Below, piece after piece: positions 15,991 to 25,049 of a stretch of DNA of 64,000 nucleotides. The notes below the pieces were generated by a model. It did no database searches, was not told the DNA's origin, and was given only the letters and a program-made list of their open reading frames with translations. This stretch comes from Thermoleophilia bacterium (lineage in GTDB: Bacteria; Actinomycetota; Thermoleophilia; RBG-16-64-13), in NCBI GenBank assembly GCA_050943595.1, contig JBMNPM010000001.1, forward strand, positions 877 through 64,876, written 5' to 3'. The position numbers and the translations under genes were made by a program. Numbering within the stretch: the stretch's first letter is position 1; each line of letters opens with the position of its first letter.

Positions 15991-18510
15991 ATGCCGGAAC
16001 AGGTCTTCACGAATCTGACGAACAGCGGGCCCGTGACCGTGTACGTGACAGATGGCGAAATCAAGCGGGTTCGTCCTCTAGTCGCGGACGAGAGCGATTA
16101 CAGGCCGTGGACTATAGAGACGCCGGGCAGGAGCTTCTCACCGCCTAAGAAACCCACCCTCTCTCCCTATGTTCACGCCGAGCGGCGTCGTATCTATTCG
16201 GATGAGCGCATAAAGTACCCGATGAAACGGGTCGACTTCGACCCCCATGGTGAGCGCAACCCCCAGAATCGGGGTAAGTCTGGATACGAGCGTATCTCAT
16301 GGGATGAAGCTTTGGCGCTGGTGGCGGGTGAACTCAAGCGGGTGAAGGACACCTATGGTGGTTCGGCGATCAGCGGTATGACCTCCTCGCACCACAACTG
16401 GGGCATCGTAGGTTACAAGATGGGGCCTTTTACGCGCTTTATGAACTTGTTGGAGTTCACCCCCGTGCTCGACAATCCGGATAGCTGGGAGGGCTGGCAT
16501 TGGGGTGCCACCCACTGCTACGGTTTCTTTTGGCGATTGGGGATGCCGGAACCGTATGACATGCTGGAGGATGCCCTCCAGAACGCTGAGATGATCGTTT
16601 TTTGGTCGAATGATCCCGACTCCACCCGGGGTACGTACTCCGGCCAGGAGTCCTCTCTGTGGCGGCAGTGGTTGAAGGAGAAGGGCGTGAAAATGGTCTT
16701 CATCGACCCATTTCACAACTACACCAACGCTGTGATGGGCGGCAAGTGGATAGCTCCCCGCCCGGGGACCGATACGGCTATCGCCATGGCCATAGCCTTT
16801 GTGTGGATTACGGAAGGTACCTATAACCAGGACTACATCGAGCGTTGTACCATTGGTTTTGATGCTTTTAAGAAATACGTAATGGGTGAGAGCGACGGCG
16901 TACCGAAGACCCCGGAATGGGCCGGGGCTGAAGCGGATGTGGAAGCCCGCTTTATCCGTGCTCTGGCCCGCGAATGGGCCGCCAAACGCACTGTCCTATC
17001 AGGCGGGTCGCGTGGCGGCGAGGGTGGAGCCTGCCGGGAGGCGTACGGTACCGAATGGGCTCGGATGATGGTCCTCCTGCAGGCTATGCAGGGTCTCGGG
17101 GCTCCTGGGCGCAGCATCTGGGGCACCACGATGGGGGCACCGTCGGAGACTTCGATCTGGTTTCCTTGCTACGGCGAGCCTGAGGGCAGGATCTCTAGTT
17201 CCACCAAGGCCGCCACGTTCATTCCGACCAACCCGACGAAGCAGCGTCTCTGGCGACTGACCCTCCCCGACGCAATCTTGGATCCGCCGGTGAGTTGGTA
17301 TGGCGAGGGTTTCTGCGGCCAGAGCTTGGAGCAACAGTTCACCCATTTCGAATATCCCATGGAGGGATATTCGGAGATCAAACTGTTCTATCGCTACGGT
17401 GGATCGTTCATGGGCACCATGAGCGATGCCACCAAGTGGGTGCGCATGTATCAGAGCCCCAAGCTGGAGTTCGTCGTGAACCAAGACATCTGGTACAGCA
17501 GCGAAACGCGCATGGCAGACGTGATCCTGCCGGCGTGCACCAACTTCGAACGCGATGACATAGGTGAATGGGCGGGGGTTAATGGCTACACCGTCCATGC
17601 GAGCAACGGCTGTAACTATCGCTACGTGGTACGGGAGAAGAAGTGCATCGAGCCGCTGTGGGAATCGAAGTCCGACTACGAGATCTTCACGCTGCTTGCC
17701 GAACGGTTGGGATTCGAGGAGGAATTCACCGACGGCAAGACGGAGTTGGAATGGGTCAAGGCCTTCTTCGATGTCTCCGATCTCTCCCGGGAGGTCAGTT
17801 GGGAGGAGTTCGATCGCAAGGGTTATCACATCATCAACATTGAGGACGACTACAAACCTACCCCGGGTCTCCGCTGGTTCTATGAGGGGCGCTCCTGTGA
17901 TACCCCTGATCTGGGCAACCCGAAGCGTCTGGGCGAAAAATGCAAGGAGCTGGGTACCTTCAGCGGTAAGATCGAGTTCGAATCGGTGAGCCTCGGGCAG
18001 TACTTCCCGGATGACATGGAACGGCCGGTCGTGCCGCGTTATATCCCCAGTTGGGAAGGCCATGCCGGCGGGCCGGTGCATAAATACCCGCTACAACTCA
18101 TATCGCCTCATCCGCGGTTCTCCTTCCACTGTCACTACGATAAGCACACGGACTGGCTGGACGACATCCCCGTGCATCGTCTCATCAAGGACGGCTACAG
18201 TTGGTGGCCCGCCCGCATCCATCCTAAAGATGCGGCTCGGCGGGGCATTGCCAACAACGATCTAGTGCGGCTATACAACGATCGCGCCTCTGTGATATGC
18301 ATCGCCGTGGTTACCGGGAGGGTTCGCCCGGGAGTCGTCCATTCCTACTGTTCGTCGGCTAAATATGATCCACTGCTGCCCGGCAGGGCAGATTCGCCCG
18401 ACAAAGGTGGGTGTGTGGCTATGCTGACTTCGAGCCGCATGATGTCGGAGAATGCGCCGGGCATGACCCCGAATTCCTGTCTCATCGAGATCGAGAAATG
18501 GGAGGGCTGA
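15991..18510 (+). CDS. Pyrogallol-phloroglucinol transhydroxylase-like molybdopterin enzyme, large (alpha) subunit, paralog 1
   Basis: 839 aa, no N-terminal Cys cluster and no Tat leader. Motifs TSSHHNWG, NPDSWEGWHWG, ILPACTNFER and SPHPRFSFH are shared with paralogs 2/3 and with the Pelobacter AthL sequence as I recall it. Confidence 0.82.
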   Translation: MPEQVFTNLTNSGPVTVYVTDGEIKRVRPLVADESDYRPWTIETPGRSFSPPKKPTLSPYVHAERRRIYSDERIKYPMKRVDFDPHGERNPQNRGKSGYERISWDEALALVAGELKRVKDTYGGSAISGMTSSHHNWGIVGYKMGPFTRFMNLLEFTPVLDNPDSWEGWHWGATHCYGFFWRLGMPEPYDMLEDALQNAEMIVFWSNDPDSTRGTYSGQESSLWRQWLKEKGVKMVFIDPFHNYTNAVMGGKWIAPRPGTDTAIAMAIAFVWITEGTYNQDYIERCTIGFDAFKKYVMGESDGVPKTPEWAGAEADVEARFIRALAREWAAKRTVLSGGSRGGEGGACREAYGTEWARMMVLLQAMQGLGAPGRSIWGTTMGAPSETSIWFPCYGEPEGRISSSTKAATFIPTNPTKQRLWRLTLPDAILDPPVSWYGEGFCGQSLEQQFTHFEYPMEGYSEIKLFYRYGGSFMGTMSDATKWVRMYQSPKLEFVVNQDIWYSSETRMADVILPACTNFERDDIGEWAGVNGYTVHASNGCNYRYVVREKKCIEPLWESKSDYEIFTLLAERLGFEEEFTDGKTELEWVKAFFDVSDLSREVSWEEFDRKGYHIINIEDDYKPTPGLRWFYEGRSCDTPDLGNPKRLGEKCKELGTFSGKIEFESVSLGQYFPDDMERPVVPRYIPSWEGHAGGPVHKYPLQLISPHPRFSFHCHYDKHTDWLDDIPVHRLIKDGYSWWPARIHPKDAARRGIANNDLVRLYNDRASVICIAVVTGRVRPGVVHSYCSSAKYDPLLPGRADSPDKGGCVAMLTSSRMMSENAPGMTPNSCLIEIEKWEG

Positions 18511-18514
18511 CGGT

Positions 18515-19354
18515 ATGCCCCGGTATGGTTGGCTGATTGATGTCACCAAGTGCAGCGGGTGTTACAACTGCTTCCTCGCCTGCCGTGACGAATATTATGG
18601 GAACGACTACGGCTCGTATTCCGCACCGCAGCCGTTGAACGGCCAGCACTGGATGCAGGTCAAGGAGATCGAGCGGGGCACATATCCCAAGCCCAAACTG
18701 GACTACATCCCGGTGCCGTGCATGCATTGCCAGGATCCCCCCTGCATGGTGCCGGCGCAGGACGGTGCCGTGTACCGTAGGGAGGACGGCATTGTCCTGA
18801 TCGATCCCGTGAAGGCCAAGGGGCAGAAGGACATTGTAGGCGCATGTCCGTATCGGGTGATCTTCTGGAACGACGAACTGCAGATACCTCAGAAGTGCAC
18901 CATGTGCGCTCATCGGCTCGACGAGGGTGATAAAGAGCCACGCTGTGTGGAGGCCTGTCCCACCGGAGCTCTCGTGTTTGGTGATCTTGACGATCCGGAG
19001 AGTGACATTGTTGCCGCGCTGGCGGCCGTCCGGGCTGAGGACTACCATCCGGAGTACGAGACGTCGCCCACGGTCAAGTACGTGGGGATCCCCAAGCGTT
19101 TCATCGTGGGAGAGGTGGTTCGTGCAGATGTCCGGGGGGAATGCGTACAGGGAGCTGTGGTCACGGTGGAAGGTGAGGGGGGTGCGCAGGAGACTCGTAC
19201 GGACATCTTTGGTGATTTTGAATTCGAAGGCCTCGAAAAAAATTCTACCTATACGGTTCGTGTGGAGCTTGCCGGCTATGCGACTCACGTCATGGAAGTC
19301 GTGACGCGACGCGATGTAGATCTAGGCGAGATCGTTCTTGAGCCGCAGGGTTGA
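18515..19354 (+). CDS. Transhydroxylase-like small (beta) subunit, 3x[4Fe-4S] ferredoxin domain plus C-terminal beta-barrel domain, paralog 1
   Basis: 279 aa, 4 nt after alpha1. Twelve cluster Cys (CSGCYNCFLAC, PCMHCQDPPC, ACP, CTMCAHR...RCVEACP). C-terminal GDFEFEGL...YTVRVELAGY domain. Confidence 0.85.
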   Translation: MPRYGWLIDVTKCSGCYNCFLACRDEYYGNDYGSYSAPQPLNGQHWMQVKEIERGTYPKPKLDYIPVPCMHCQDPPCMVPAQDGAVYRREDGIVLIDPVKAKGQKDIVGACPYRVIFWNDELQIPQKCTMCAHRLDEGDKEPRCVEACPTGALVFGDLDDPESDIVAALAAVRAEDYHPEYETSPTVKYVGIPKRFIVGEVVRADVRGECVQGAVVTVEGEGGAQETRTDIFGDFEFEGLEKNSTYTVRVELAGYATHVMEVVTRRDVDLGEIVLEPQG

Positions 19355-19376
19355 TCAGCGCCGGTCGAGCTGAGAG

Positions 19377-20582
19377 GTGACGATGCGCGAAGCGGTGATC
19401 ATCAGTGCCGTCAGGACTGCCGGCGGGAGGATGGGGGGAGGGTTGCGGGCCATTCAGCCTGAGGACCTCTCCCAGGTGGTCATCAAGGCGGTTCTTGAGC
19501 GTGCCCAGGTGGAGCCGGATGCTGTAAGCGAGGTCATCTTCGGCCAGGCGAAGCAGAGCACCGATGCCGCGAATCTGGCCCGCGTGGCGGCTTTGAAGGC
19601 CGGTCTCCCCGTCGAAGTGCCAGCTTATACCGTCATGCGCCAGTGTGGCTCGGGGCTTCAGGCCGTCAACAACGCTGTTCAAGCGATCGCACTCGGCCTT
19701 GCTGAGATAGTCGTTGCCGGCGGTGTGGAGAGTATGAGCAATGCGCCCTACTACCTTCGGGGTGCCCGCTACGGCTACGGCGTTGGTAACGCCGTCCTGG
19801 TCGACTCGAACACAGAGAGCCAACCGCGTTCGCAGCCTATCGAGGTCTACGGCAATCTCTCTATGGGGCTCACGGCCGAGAATCTGGCCACGAAGTACCG
19901 CATTAGCCGGGAAGAGCAGGACGCCTTCGCGCTGCAGAGCCACACTAGGGCTTTGGCGGCGATGGCGGCCGGTACGTTCTGTGACGAGATCGTGCCCGTC
20001 TCTGTGCCGCAGCGGAAGGGCGATCCGCTCATCTTCGACACGGACGAGCATCCTCGTCGCACGAGTATGGAGGCTTTGTCCAGGTTGACTCCCGCTTTTA
20101 GGGAGAATGGTACGGTTACGGCCGGCAACTCGTCCGGCCGGAACGATGGCGCTGCCTGCTGTCTGGTCATGTCGGCTGCGGAAGCGGGCAGGAGGGGTCT
20201 GCATCCTATGGCGATCGTGCGGAGCCAGGCTGTGGTCGGAGTGTCCCCCGACATCATGGGGATCGGTCCGGCGCCGGCCAGTCGCAAAGCGCTCGCTTTT
20301 GCGGGTCTAACTTTTGACGATCTGGGTCTGATAGAAGTGAACGAGGCCTTTGCGGCTCAGAGTCTCGCGGTTATCAAGGAACTGGACCTACAGGATCGTA
20401 TGTCCGACATAAATCCCAATGGCGGCGCCATCGCGCTCGGTCATCCACTGGGGTGCTCGGGGGCCAGGATACTCTGCAGTCTTCTGCATGAGATGGGGCG
20501 GCGCAAGGTCCGCTACGGCCTGGCCACACTCTGCATCGCCGGAGGGCAGGGCATAGCGACGGTGGTGGAGGCCGCATGGTAG
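19377..20582 (+). CDS. Acetyl-CoA C-acetyltransferase (thiolase II family)
   Basis: RQCGSGLQAV (nucleophile Cys), NEAFAAQ, GHPLGCSGARI, CIAGGQG. Starts 22 nt after beta1. Confidence 0.92.
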   Translation: MTMREAVIISAVRTAGGRMGGGLRAIQPEDLSQVVIKAVLERAQVEPDAVSEVIFGQAKQSTDAANLARVAALKAGLPVEVPAYTVMRQCGSGLQAVNNAVQAIALGLAEIVVAGGVESMSNAPYYLRGARYGYGVGNAVLVDSNTESQPRSQPIEVYGNLSMGLTAENLATKYRISREEQDAFALQSHTRALAAMAAGTFCDEIVPVSVPQRKGDPLIFDTDEHPRRTSMEALSRLTPAFRENGTVTAGNSSGRNDGAACCLVMSAAEAGRRGLHPMAIVRSQAVVGVSPDIMGIGPAPASRKALAFAGLTFDDLGLIEVNEAFAAQSLAVIKELDLQDRMSDINPNGGAIALGHPLGCSGARILCSLLHEMGRRKVRYGLATLCIAGGQGIATVVEAAW

Positions 20583-20744
20583 GGGTGCGCAGGCTTTGCA
20601 GGCACAAGGTCTGAGGGCCGGTGATCCCCCGGGTGGATGGCCGTCCCGCGCCGGTCGCTACCCTCGTCTGTTGTGCCGCGGAGGGGCCGGTAGTATCCTG
20701 CGCACTGCGGTTTTCACGGTAGACTGAATGTCTGGAGTCAGAGC

Positions 20745-22034
20745 ATGCGCATTGATGTTCCCTGGGGTACAGGTATAAGGACCGTTGAGATCGATGACGA
20801 GCGGGTGGCCGGCATCCTCGGTGCGCAGGTGGAGTCGGCCTCAAATCCGGAGGCGATTCTGCGCGAAGCGCTGCGCAGACCGGGTGCAGGCTTCGATGAT
20901 TTCCTTCAGAAGGCTCCGTCGCCTCTTCTGGTGGTGGTCAACGACGGCACCCGGCCGACGCCGTCGGCGGACGTTCTGCAGGTCATGCAGGATGCTCTGG
21001 AAGACTGGCTCGACCGGCCCGGCCGGGAGCTCTGGTTCGCCGTCGCCACCGGCACGCATCGGGTGGCTCTGCCGGAGGAGATAACGCGCATCTTCGGGGC
21101 GGAGATGGCCCGTAAGCACAGGGAGCGCATTGTGTCTCATGATGCCAAGGCGGAGGAGGAGATGGTGTGGCTGGGACGGACCAGCCGTGGCATCGATATC
21201 AAGGTGAATCGCCTGCTTGCGGAGGCGGGAAGCGTTATCCTCATCAACTCGGTGGAACCCCACTACTTCGCGGGCTATACGGGCGGCCGCAAATCGCTCT
21301 TTCCCGGGTTGGCTGCGTATGAGACCGTCTGGGCCAACCACAAGCTCTCCATGGAAGCGGGGTCGGAGAGTCTGATGCTGGCGGGAAACCCGGTCCACGA
21401 AGATATGGAAGAGGCCTTGGCGGTCGGAATAGCCGGGAAGGAGGTGTTTTCCGTCCAGTTGGTGCTCGACAAGGATCATCGTATCGGGTTCGCAGCAGCA
21501 GGGCCTCTTGATGATACGTTCCGCGAGGCGGTTCGTGTGGCCGACCGGCAATTTGTGTTGGACATAGACCAGCGCTGTGACGTGGTGGTGGCGGTGGCTC
21601 CTCACCCCATGGACTGCAATCTCTATCAGACCAACAAAGCCATCCAAAGTGGCGCTGCTGCCGTTAAGGATGGGGGTGTGCTCATCGTAGTGTCGGAATG
21701 TCCTTTCGGGCTGGGAGAAAACCAGACACTCTTCGACATGTTGGCGTCGGTCGATTCGCCCAGGGCGGCGATTGAGCGGGCCAATCGTGAGGAATACAAG
21801 TTGGGGGTGCAGCAGGCCACCCGTATCGCCTCCATCTTGGAACGGGCCGAGATCTGGATCGTCAGTACTCTCGATGACGATGATGTGAACGCCATGTTCA
21901 TGACCCCGTTCTCAGATATACAGGTGGCTCTGGACCGTGCCCTTCTCCACCAGGGTCCGGAAGCCCGGGTTCTCTTTCTCCAAGAAGCGAGTATCACCGT
22001 GCCCCGCGTCGAAGCTCACAACCGGCCGGGATAG
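20745..22034 (+). CDS. LarA-like (lactate racemase family, nickel-pincer cofactor dependent) protein
   Basis: 429 aa. LLVVVNDGTRPTP, ATGTHR and HYFAGYTGGRKSLFPG...NHK resemble the LarA N-terminal domain and its Lys/His cofactor site, as I recall them. Confidence 0.7.
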   Translation: MRIDVPWGTGIRTVEIDDERVAGILGAQVESASNPEAILREALRRPGAGFDDFLQKAPSPLLVVVNDGTRPTPSADVLQVMQDALEDWLDRPGRELWFAVATGTHRVALPEEITRIFGAEMARKHRERIVSHDAKAEEEMVWLGRTSRGIDIKVNRLLAEAGSVILINSVEPHYFAGYTGGRKSLFPGLAAYETVWANHKLSMEAGSESLMLAGNPVHEDMEEALAVGIAGKEVFSVQLVLDKDHRIGFAAAGPLDDTFREAVRVADRQFVLDIDQRCDVVVAVAPHPMDCNLYQTNKAIQSGAAAVKDGGVLIVVSECPFGLGENQTLFDMLASVDSPRAAIERANREEYKLGVQQATRIASILERAEIWIVSTLDDDDVNAMFMTPFSDIQVALDRALLHQGPEARVLFLQEASITVPRVEAHNRPG

Positions 22035-22082
22035 GCTCTGCCGGCTGCAGGTGAGCGCGGAAGAGTGGTGGAAGAGTGGTTC

Positions 22083-22111
22083 TTGAAATGGGTCTCTGCT
22101 TTGGGTATTAT
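22083..22111 (+). promoter_or_regulatory. Near-consensus sigma-70-type promoter upstream of the tRNA cluster
   Basis: TTGAAA (22083-22088), 17-nt spacer, TATTAT (22106-22111), about 35 nt upstream of tRNA-Tyr. Preceded by direct repeat GAAGAGTGGT x2. Confidence 0.6.
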
Positions 22112-22144
22112 CCGTGCTCGCCTCCGCGTGGGGTTCTTGCGTGT

Positions 22145-22229
<85 letters not shown>

Positions 22230-22302
22230 TATTGATTCGCGGGTGGCCGTTGCCCGGTACAGGTATCTGCACGGGGCGAGCTGCACGGGGCGAGTTTGTC
22301 GG

Positions 22303-22377
22303 GCCTCCATAGCTCAGTGGCAGAGCACTTCCATGGTAAGGAAGGGGTCCTCGGTTCAAATCCGAGTGGGGGCTCCA
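22303..22377 (+). tRNA. tRNA-Thr (anticodon GGT), CCA encoded
   Basis: Acceptor GCCTCCA/TGGGGGC, TAGCTCAGTGG D-arm, anticodon stem CTTCC/GGAAG with loop ATGGTAA, T-loop GGTTCAAATCC. Confidence 0.9.
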
Positions 22378-22384
22378 TAAATGG

Positions 22385-22458
22385 GGCGGCGTAGCTCAGT
22401 CGGTCAGAGCAGCGGAATCATAATCCGCGTGTCAGAGGTTCGAGTCCTCTCGCCGCTA
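22385..22458 (+). tRNA. tRNA-Met (anticodon CAT; elongator-type anticodon stem, Ile2/lysidine identity not excluded), CCA not encoded
   Basis: Acceptor GGCGGCG/CGCCGCT, TAGCTCAGTCGG D-arm, anticodon loop ATCATAA, T-loop GGTTCGAGTCC. Confidence 0.85.
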
Positions 22459-22511
22459 TCTCAGTTTGTGGTAGCATGCACCGGTGTTTATGACTAGGGA
22501 GCGGTGAAGTA

Positions 22512-22661
22512 ATGCGGACAAGGGTAACGATGGCCTGTCAAGAGTGCAAGCGCCGTAACTACAACACCATGAAGAATAAGCGTAACGATCCTGAGCGGAT
22601 TGAGTTGCGCAAGTATTGTAAGTGGTGCGACACGGTGACGGTCCACAAAGAGACCAAATAG
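22512..22661 (+). CDS. rpmG: 50S ribosomal protein L33 (Zn-ribbon form)
   Basis: 49-aa ORF below the track cutoff: [49 protein letters not shown], with CxxC...CxxC. Conserved position between the tRNAs and secE. Confidence 0.9.
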   Translation: MRTRVTMACQECKRRNYNTMKNKRNDPERIELRKYCKWCDTVTVHKETK

Positions 22662-22689
22662 TCCCATATAGCGGGCGTTGGGTAGGCAT

Positions 22690-22765
22690 AGGGCAGTAGC
22701 TCCAACGGTAGAGCGCCGGTCTCCAAAACCGGAAGTTGGGGGTTCGAATCCCTCCTGCCCTGCCA
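22690..22765 (+). tRNA. tRNA-Trp (anticodon CCA), CCA end encoded
   Basis: Acceptor AGGGCAG/CTGCCCT, anticodon stem CCGGT/ACCGG with loop CTCCAAA, T-loop GGTTCGAATCC. Confidence 0.9.
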
Positions 22766-22792
22766 ATTCTCCCTGGGGATCGAATAGAGGCG

Positions 22793-23125
22793 ATGGCAAA
22801 GAGCGTAGGTGATAAGACGGCAGATAAGGCCCGGGCCAAACAGGCCGGGGGTTTCAAGAGCGCCCTATCCCGTTCCGGCTCGCGCGTAGCGGCGAGCCGT
22901 CCCACACCCAACCCCAAGGGGACGGTGAGCACTAAGCCTCATGGTCGTGTCCGCACGTTCCTGCGCGAAGTCCGCATAGAGATGACTAAGGTCACCTGGC
23001 CCGCGCGCAAAGATTTGATACAGGCGACCGGTGTGGTCATCGTTGCTGTCGTGATCGCCGGCATATACATCGGCGTGCTCGACTTCATCTGGAACATCAT
23101 CATGCGCTCGGTCGGTCTCGGCTGA
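22793..23125 (+). CDS. secE: Preprotein translocase subunit SecE
   Basis: Start moved to ATG 22793 (MAKSVGDK...) because the upstream ORF part overlaps tRNA-Trp. REVRIEMTKVTWP motif and one C-terminal TM helix. Sits directly before nusG. Confidence 0.85.
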   Translation: MAKSVGDKTADKARAKQAGGFKSALSRSGSRVAASRPTPNPKGTVSTKPHGRVRTFLREVRIEMTKVTWPARKDLIQATGVVIVAVVIAGIYIGVLDFIWNIIMRSVGLG

Positions 23126-23171
23126 GCGGCGCACCTCGATTCTAGGCAAGCCGAGCAGGAGTCTTCCATTC

Positions 23172-23696
23172 ATGGATTCGAAGTGGTACGTCATCAACAC
23201 GTATTCCGGTCACGAGAACAAGGCCCGGACGAATCTGGAGAACCGCATCCAGTCTATGAACCAAGCCGAGCTGTTCGACGAGATCGTCGTACCTACAGAA
23301 CAGGTGGTCGAGACCAAGAACGGCGAGAAGGTGCAGGTTGAGAGGCGCATCTTCCCCGGCTATCTGTTGGTGAAAATGATCCTCACCGATGATTCTTGGT
23401 CACTGGTCAAGAACACTCCGGGCGTGACCGGGTTCGTGGGCTCGGAGAACAAGCCGACTCCTCTCATGCCTTCTGAGGTCGATCGGATTCTCCATACGTC
23501 GACCGTGGAAAAACCGAAGGCTACGGCCGAGTTCTCGGTGGGTGACCAGGTGCGTGTGATCAATGGACCTCTCACCGACTTCACCGGCGAGGTGTCTGAA
23601 GTCAACATAGAACAGAGCAAGCTTAAGGTGATGGTTTCCATCTTCGGCCGGGATACACCCACCGAACTGGGTTTTGAGCAGGTCAAGAAGATCTAG
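23172..23696 (+). CDS. nusG: Transcription termination/antitermination factor NusG
   Basis: KWYVINTYSGHENKA NGN domain and C-terminal KOW (GDQVRVINGPLTDFTGEV). Confidence 0.95.
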   Translation: MDSKWYVINTYSGHENKARTNLENRIQSMNQAELFDEIVVPTEQVVETKNGEKVQVERRIFPGYLLVKMILTDDSWSLVKNTPGVTGFVGSENKPTPLMPSEVDRILHTSTVEKPKATAEFSVGDQVRVINGPLTDFTGEVSEVNIEQSKLKVMVSIFGRDTPTELGFEQVKKI

Positions 23697-23739
23697 GCCG
23701 GCTGGGTCCTGGGTCCTGGGATAGAGACGGAGAATCAAG

Positions 23740-24165
23740 GTGGCAAAGAAAGTACGGGCGATAGTCAAACTGCAGATTGTGGGGGGCAAGGCGAGTCCGG
23801 CTCCTCCTGTCGGTCCTGCGTTGGGCCAGCACGGTGTGAATATCATGGAGTTCTGCAAGGCCTACAACGCGGCTACGCAGGATCGCATCGACCAGGTTGT
23901 CCCGGTGGAACTGACGGTGTTTGAGGACCGTTCGTTCACGTTTATCCTCAAGACCGCTCCGGCGGCCGTCCTCATCCGTAGTGCGGCAGGTATCGACAAG
24001 GGAGCCGCAAATCCGCGGAAGGACAAAGTGGGCAAGATCACCCAAGAGCAACTGCGCCAGATCGCCGAGGCGAAGATGCCGGACCTCAACGCACTCGATG
24101 TCGAGGCGGCCATGCGTATCCTGGCCGGTACGGCTCGGAGCATGGGTGTCACGGTAGTGGAATAG
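23740..24165 (+). CDS. rplK: 50S ribosomal protein L11
   Basis: [34 protein letters not shown]. Confidence 0.97.
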   Translation: MAKKVRAIVKLQIVGGKASPAPPVGPALGQHGVNIMEFCKAYNAATQDRIDQVVPVELTVFEDRSFTFILKTAPAAVLIRSAAGIDKGAANPRKDKVGKITQEQLRQIAEAKMPDLNALDVEAAMRILAGTARSMGVTVVE

Positions 24166-24233
24166 ACCCGCGTCACCGCGGGCCGGGAAGGTGGAAGGGC
24201 CGGACGCCCGTCTGACCACCAGGAGGTGTCATA

Positions 24234-24947
24234 GTGAGTAAGGATTCCAGGCGATACAAGGAGGCGAAACGCCTCATTGAGCCGGACAGGTTCTATACGC
24301 CGCTCGAGGCCGTGAGGTTGGTCAAGTCCATGGAGACGGCCAACTTCGATGAGACCGTCGAGGTCCATATCAAGTTAGGTGTCAATCCGCGTCACGCCGA
24401 CCAGCAGGTGCGGGGCACCGTGATGCTTCCTCACGGCACGGGCAAGACCGTCCGCGTGGCCGTGTTCGCCAAGGGTGAGAAGGCTACTGAGGCCGAAGCG
24501 GCCGGCGCCGATCTGGTGGGTGCTGAAGACCTGGCAGCGCAGGTTGAGGGCGGGATGCTCGATTTTGATGCCGCCATCGCTACTCCAGACATGATGGGCG
24601 TAGTGGGCAAGTTGGGTCGAGTACTCGGTCCTCGGGGCCTGATGCCGAATCCCAAGGCCGGCACGGTCACGTTCGACGTTGGAAAGGCAGTCACCGACAT
24701 GAAGGCCGGCAAGGTGGAGTATCGGACCGACAAGTTCGGTGTGATCCATCTGATAGTGGGTAAAAAGTCCTTCGATCCGGAACAGCTCGTAGCCAACTAC
24801 AGCGAAGTATTGGACGAGATCATCCGGGCGAAGCCGGCTGCGGCCAAGGGCAAGTATCTGCGCAGCATCAGCATGGCCAGCACGATGGGTCCCGGCGTTC
24901 CCGTGGATTCATCGAAGACGCGGGCGCTGCTGGAGGAAGAAGCTTAA
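24234..24947 (+). CDS. rplA: 50S ribosomal protein L1
   Basis: [34 protein letters not shown]; GTG start. Confidence 0.97.
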   Translation: MSKDSRRYKEAKRLIEPDRFYTPLEAVRLVKSMETANFDETVEVHIKLGVNPRHADQQVRGTVMLPHGTGKTVRVAVFAKGEKATEAEAAGADLVGAEDLAAQVEGGMLDFDAAIATPDMMGVVGKLGRVLGPRGLMPNPKAGTVTFDVGKAVTDMKAGKVEYRTDKFGVIHLIVGKKSFDPEQLVANYSEVLDEIIRAKPAAAKGKYLRSISMASTMGPGVPVDSSKTRALLEEEA

Positions 24948-25013
24948 GAGGCTTCGTTTTTAGCAGCCGCCTGTTAGGAAGTGAGGGCTCGGCGATAGAG
25001 CCGGGTCTGATGA

Positions 25014-25049
25014 GGGGCCGGGGCGAACCGCCTCGGCCCCTTCTTTCTC
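25014..25049 (+). terminator. Intrinsic terminator after rplA
   Basis: 11-bp stem GGGGCCGGGGC/GCCTCGGCCCC (one G-U pair), 5-nt loop, followed by TTCTTTCTC. Confidence 0.65.

Noticed and set aside
22736-22792. Upstream start of the secE ORF
   Set aside because: It overlaps tRNA-Trp (22690-22765). ATG 22793 gives a normal SecE N-terminus.
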